Below, piece after piece: positions 61,621 through 64,000 of a stretch of 64,000 nucleotides of DNA. The notes under the pieces were generated by a model, which saw only the letters and a program-made list of their open reading frames with translations, was not told where the DNA came from and searched no databases. A program made the translations under genes and the position numbers. The number at the start of each line of letters is the position of its first letter. Positions within the stretch are counted from its first letter, which is position 1. The DNA comes from Aplysia californica (Eukaryota). The stretch lies in the NCBI RefSeq assembly GCF_000002075.1, contig NW_004797297.1:1661323-1725322 (forward strand), in the 5' to 3' direction.

Positions 61621-64000
61621 TAACATAGTGATCTTTATGAAATTGGAAAAAATACATGAACATGGAGTGCATACTTTTGTACATGTTGCAGTTGCAATAG
61701 CAACAATTTTTTATTTTTATTTTAAGGTAATGTGTCTCTACATGTTAAAAAAACTGCTGTTGGTGGAATTTATTTAGCTTTAGTAGACGTTTTACGGCGC
61801 TTGCATAATGTCATATGAGCACCAGAAGATTAGAGGTGTTACAAGAGAGTAACAAACATAAAAAAGAAGAGGAGATAAGGACGATAGATGTTCGATAGGA
61901 AAGAAAAATGTGGAATATAATTAAATATAAATAAAAGTCAGGAAAATGTATCAAGAGCCAAAAATAAAGTCCAAACTTAATCTGTATTGCCTGGACCTAA
62001 TCCTAGTTCGAGCAGCTCTAACCTTGGAACTAATCCTGTTATATGTTTGTCCAACTTTGGATTGTTAAAGTTAAATAAATACTTTCAAATGTTGTATTGG
62101 TGTCTTTTATACTTGTACTTCAACTTTCACCTGCAAATTCAACCTGTACACAGAGCCCTTTGAGATTTTATCCTTGATTGTAAATGAAAATAAATACTTT
62201 CTGCTCTCATGGACATATTTAGGGACATTCAGAGTCAACCGTGGCTAGGTGTCAATATTAAGACAAAGGCACTTGTAACATAATTTCGTTGAGCCAGAAC
62301 TGAATTCATGTCTTCTGAGTGTAACCACAAAGAACCTAAGCACTACTTCAATTTTCATCCAAAACTACGATGACTATGGCAATCACATTAACCTTGCTGT
62401 GTGTTACTTGTTATTGCATTATCATTTCCAAAACTTAGGACCTGAAATAAAATCTCTAACTTACCGGTACTTATAATATGACTTCGATCTACATTATAAA
62501 ACTTTTGGTGTATGCCTGTTTTCTATGAAAACTATGGCCATCTTGAAAATAAACAATGTCAATGGAATTATTGGAATAAATCCCATAGGTTTTTTTTTAT
62601 TCTCGACCAAATTTTCCAAAATTTGAAAAGAGTGTTCCTCCACCTAGGAAGATTTTCAGAATCTTTTAAAATTTAAAAAAAAAGTTTTTAGAAATTTTAC
62701 AGGCATATGTAGTAGGTATAGTATGTAGTATGTTAGCATGTAAACCTTCATATTAAATTTTTTTTTTTTTCCTGTATGTGTACAACTTGGTGTGTATCCA
62801 GTAAAGGTTTCATGAAAGTTCCATGCAGATAGTATGAAAAATTTTTAAAGTAGTGGGAAAAAAACTGTACGCAAATATTGTTTTAAGAAAAAGCCTGTTT
62901 CTTGCAGAAATACTTGACTATTTTCATGTTTTCAAAGGCAATTTACGACATGAATGAGAGCCATTTAGTGGTTTCTAAATTAAATACTGGTCCTGTCTTA
63001 GCAGGGTTTTTTTAGAATATATATAGAAGTAGCTGAACTTTAATAACTACATGTAGTAAACAATTCAAATTTCATAATTTGACCCAAAATCAGCAATTTG
63101 AAGGGGTGCCTCTATCCTTAGTCGAGTCTTCAAGGCATTCTGCCTGCATATGGCTCTATCCTATCAAAGATGGATGTTACATTCAGAGATCCCACCTCAT
63201 TTATTATATTTCAGTGTTGAAGGCACATTAAACACATACCATCATACTGCAGAAAACCATTAACATCTAAAAACTGACAGGGTTTTCAAATAAAAACAGA
63301 ACATGACTGAATGAAGAACAAGACTGAATGAAGACAAACAGGCTTTGAAATATAAGAAAGTTGCAAGCACTTTGAACATGTATCTACAATCATCAACAAA
63401 AGCTAGAATCTTTACGTAACATTTCAGCCACATATGACCAACATACATAACAAACAAGTCAGATTAATCAAAAAAAAGTTTAATCAAGAGTCATGTAGGC
63501 TAAGACAAGCCCATTGATGTGGCACATTACAGAGACACACTTTGAACCATTTAACGAGAAATCATCATTACAAGAGAGTTAACGACTCAAATGACATAAA
63601 GCTACAACCCTCTGTGCAAAACACTGGTCATTCAACTCAAAAGACAATGACTCAAATCCCTGTTTGTACACATGCAAAACGTTAGAGATATCTATTAAAG
63701 AAGTCCTGCATAATTTTCTACCCATCATAAGCCTGTGACAGATTTATTTCCAAGGGACAACTGGGACAGTGATGCTGTATAAAAGGGGGAGTCACAGGTT
63801 TTAAAAAGGATTTCGTGATACTCTGACAAATCACTCAAAAAAATTCACCTCACAGCACAGAATCATTGTAACCCTTTTTCCCACTAGCTCATTGAAATGT
63901 GGACAAGAAATAATGAATTTCTTTAAGCCTTTCATTTGCAATACTTAACAAACTTTAGAGCAACCTTACCATCTAATTAAGATTTATATGTATAACTTCT

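Overview
Eukaryotic, intron-rich, gapped short-read assembly of an invertebrate animal (mollusc-like repeat landscape; taxon is inference). Two complete housekeeping genes lie tail-to-tail: SSR1/TRAP-alpha (+, 9 coding exons, 28144-45954, 300 aa) and TRAPPC2L (-, 5 coding exons, 59361-50304, 138 aa, with a U12-type second intron). The standout feature is seven near-identical ~130-nt box H/ACA snoRNA genes inside SSR1: six in one intron (intron 7, partly as a ~550-620 bp tandem unit) and one in intron 8. Both guide pockets read out conserved LSU rRNA pseudouridine sites (CCCUCAGGA[U]AGCUG and UCUAC[U]AUCUAGC). Upstream of SSR1 are a full-length Merlin/IS1595-type transposon with an open transposase whose right TIR is interrupted by a nested Tc1/mariner-type MITE, and a hAT-type element inserted in what appears to be a bidirectional promoter shared with an unidentified minus-strand gene. 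The rest is mostly intron/intergenic DNA with MITEs, Nimb/I and RTE LINE remnants, SINE-like repeats, microsatellites and five N gaps. Most short ORFs in the track are spurious.
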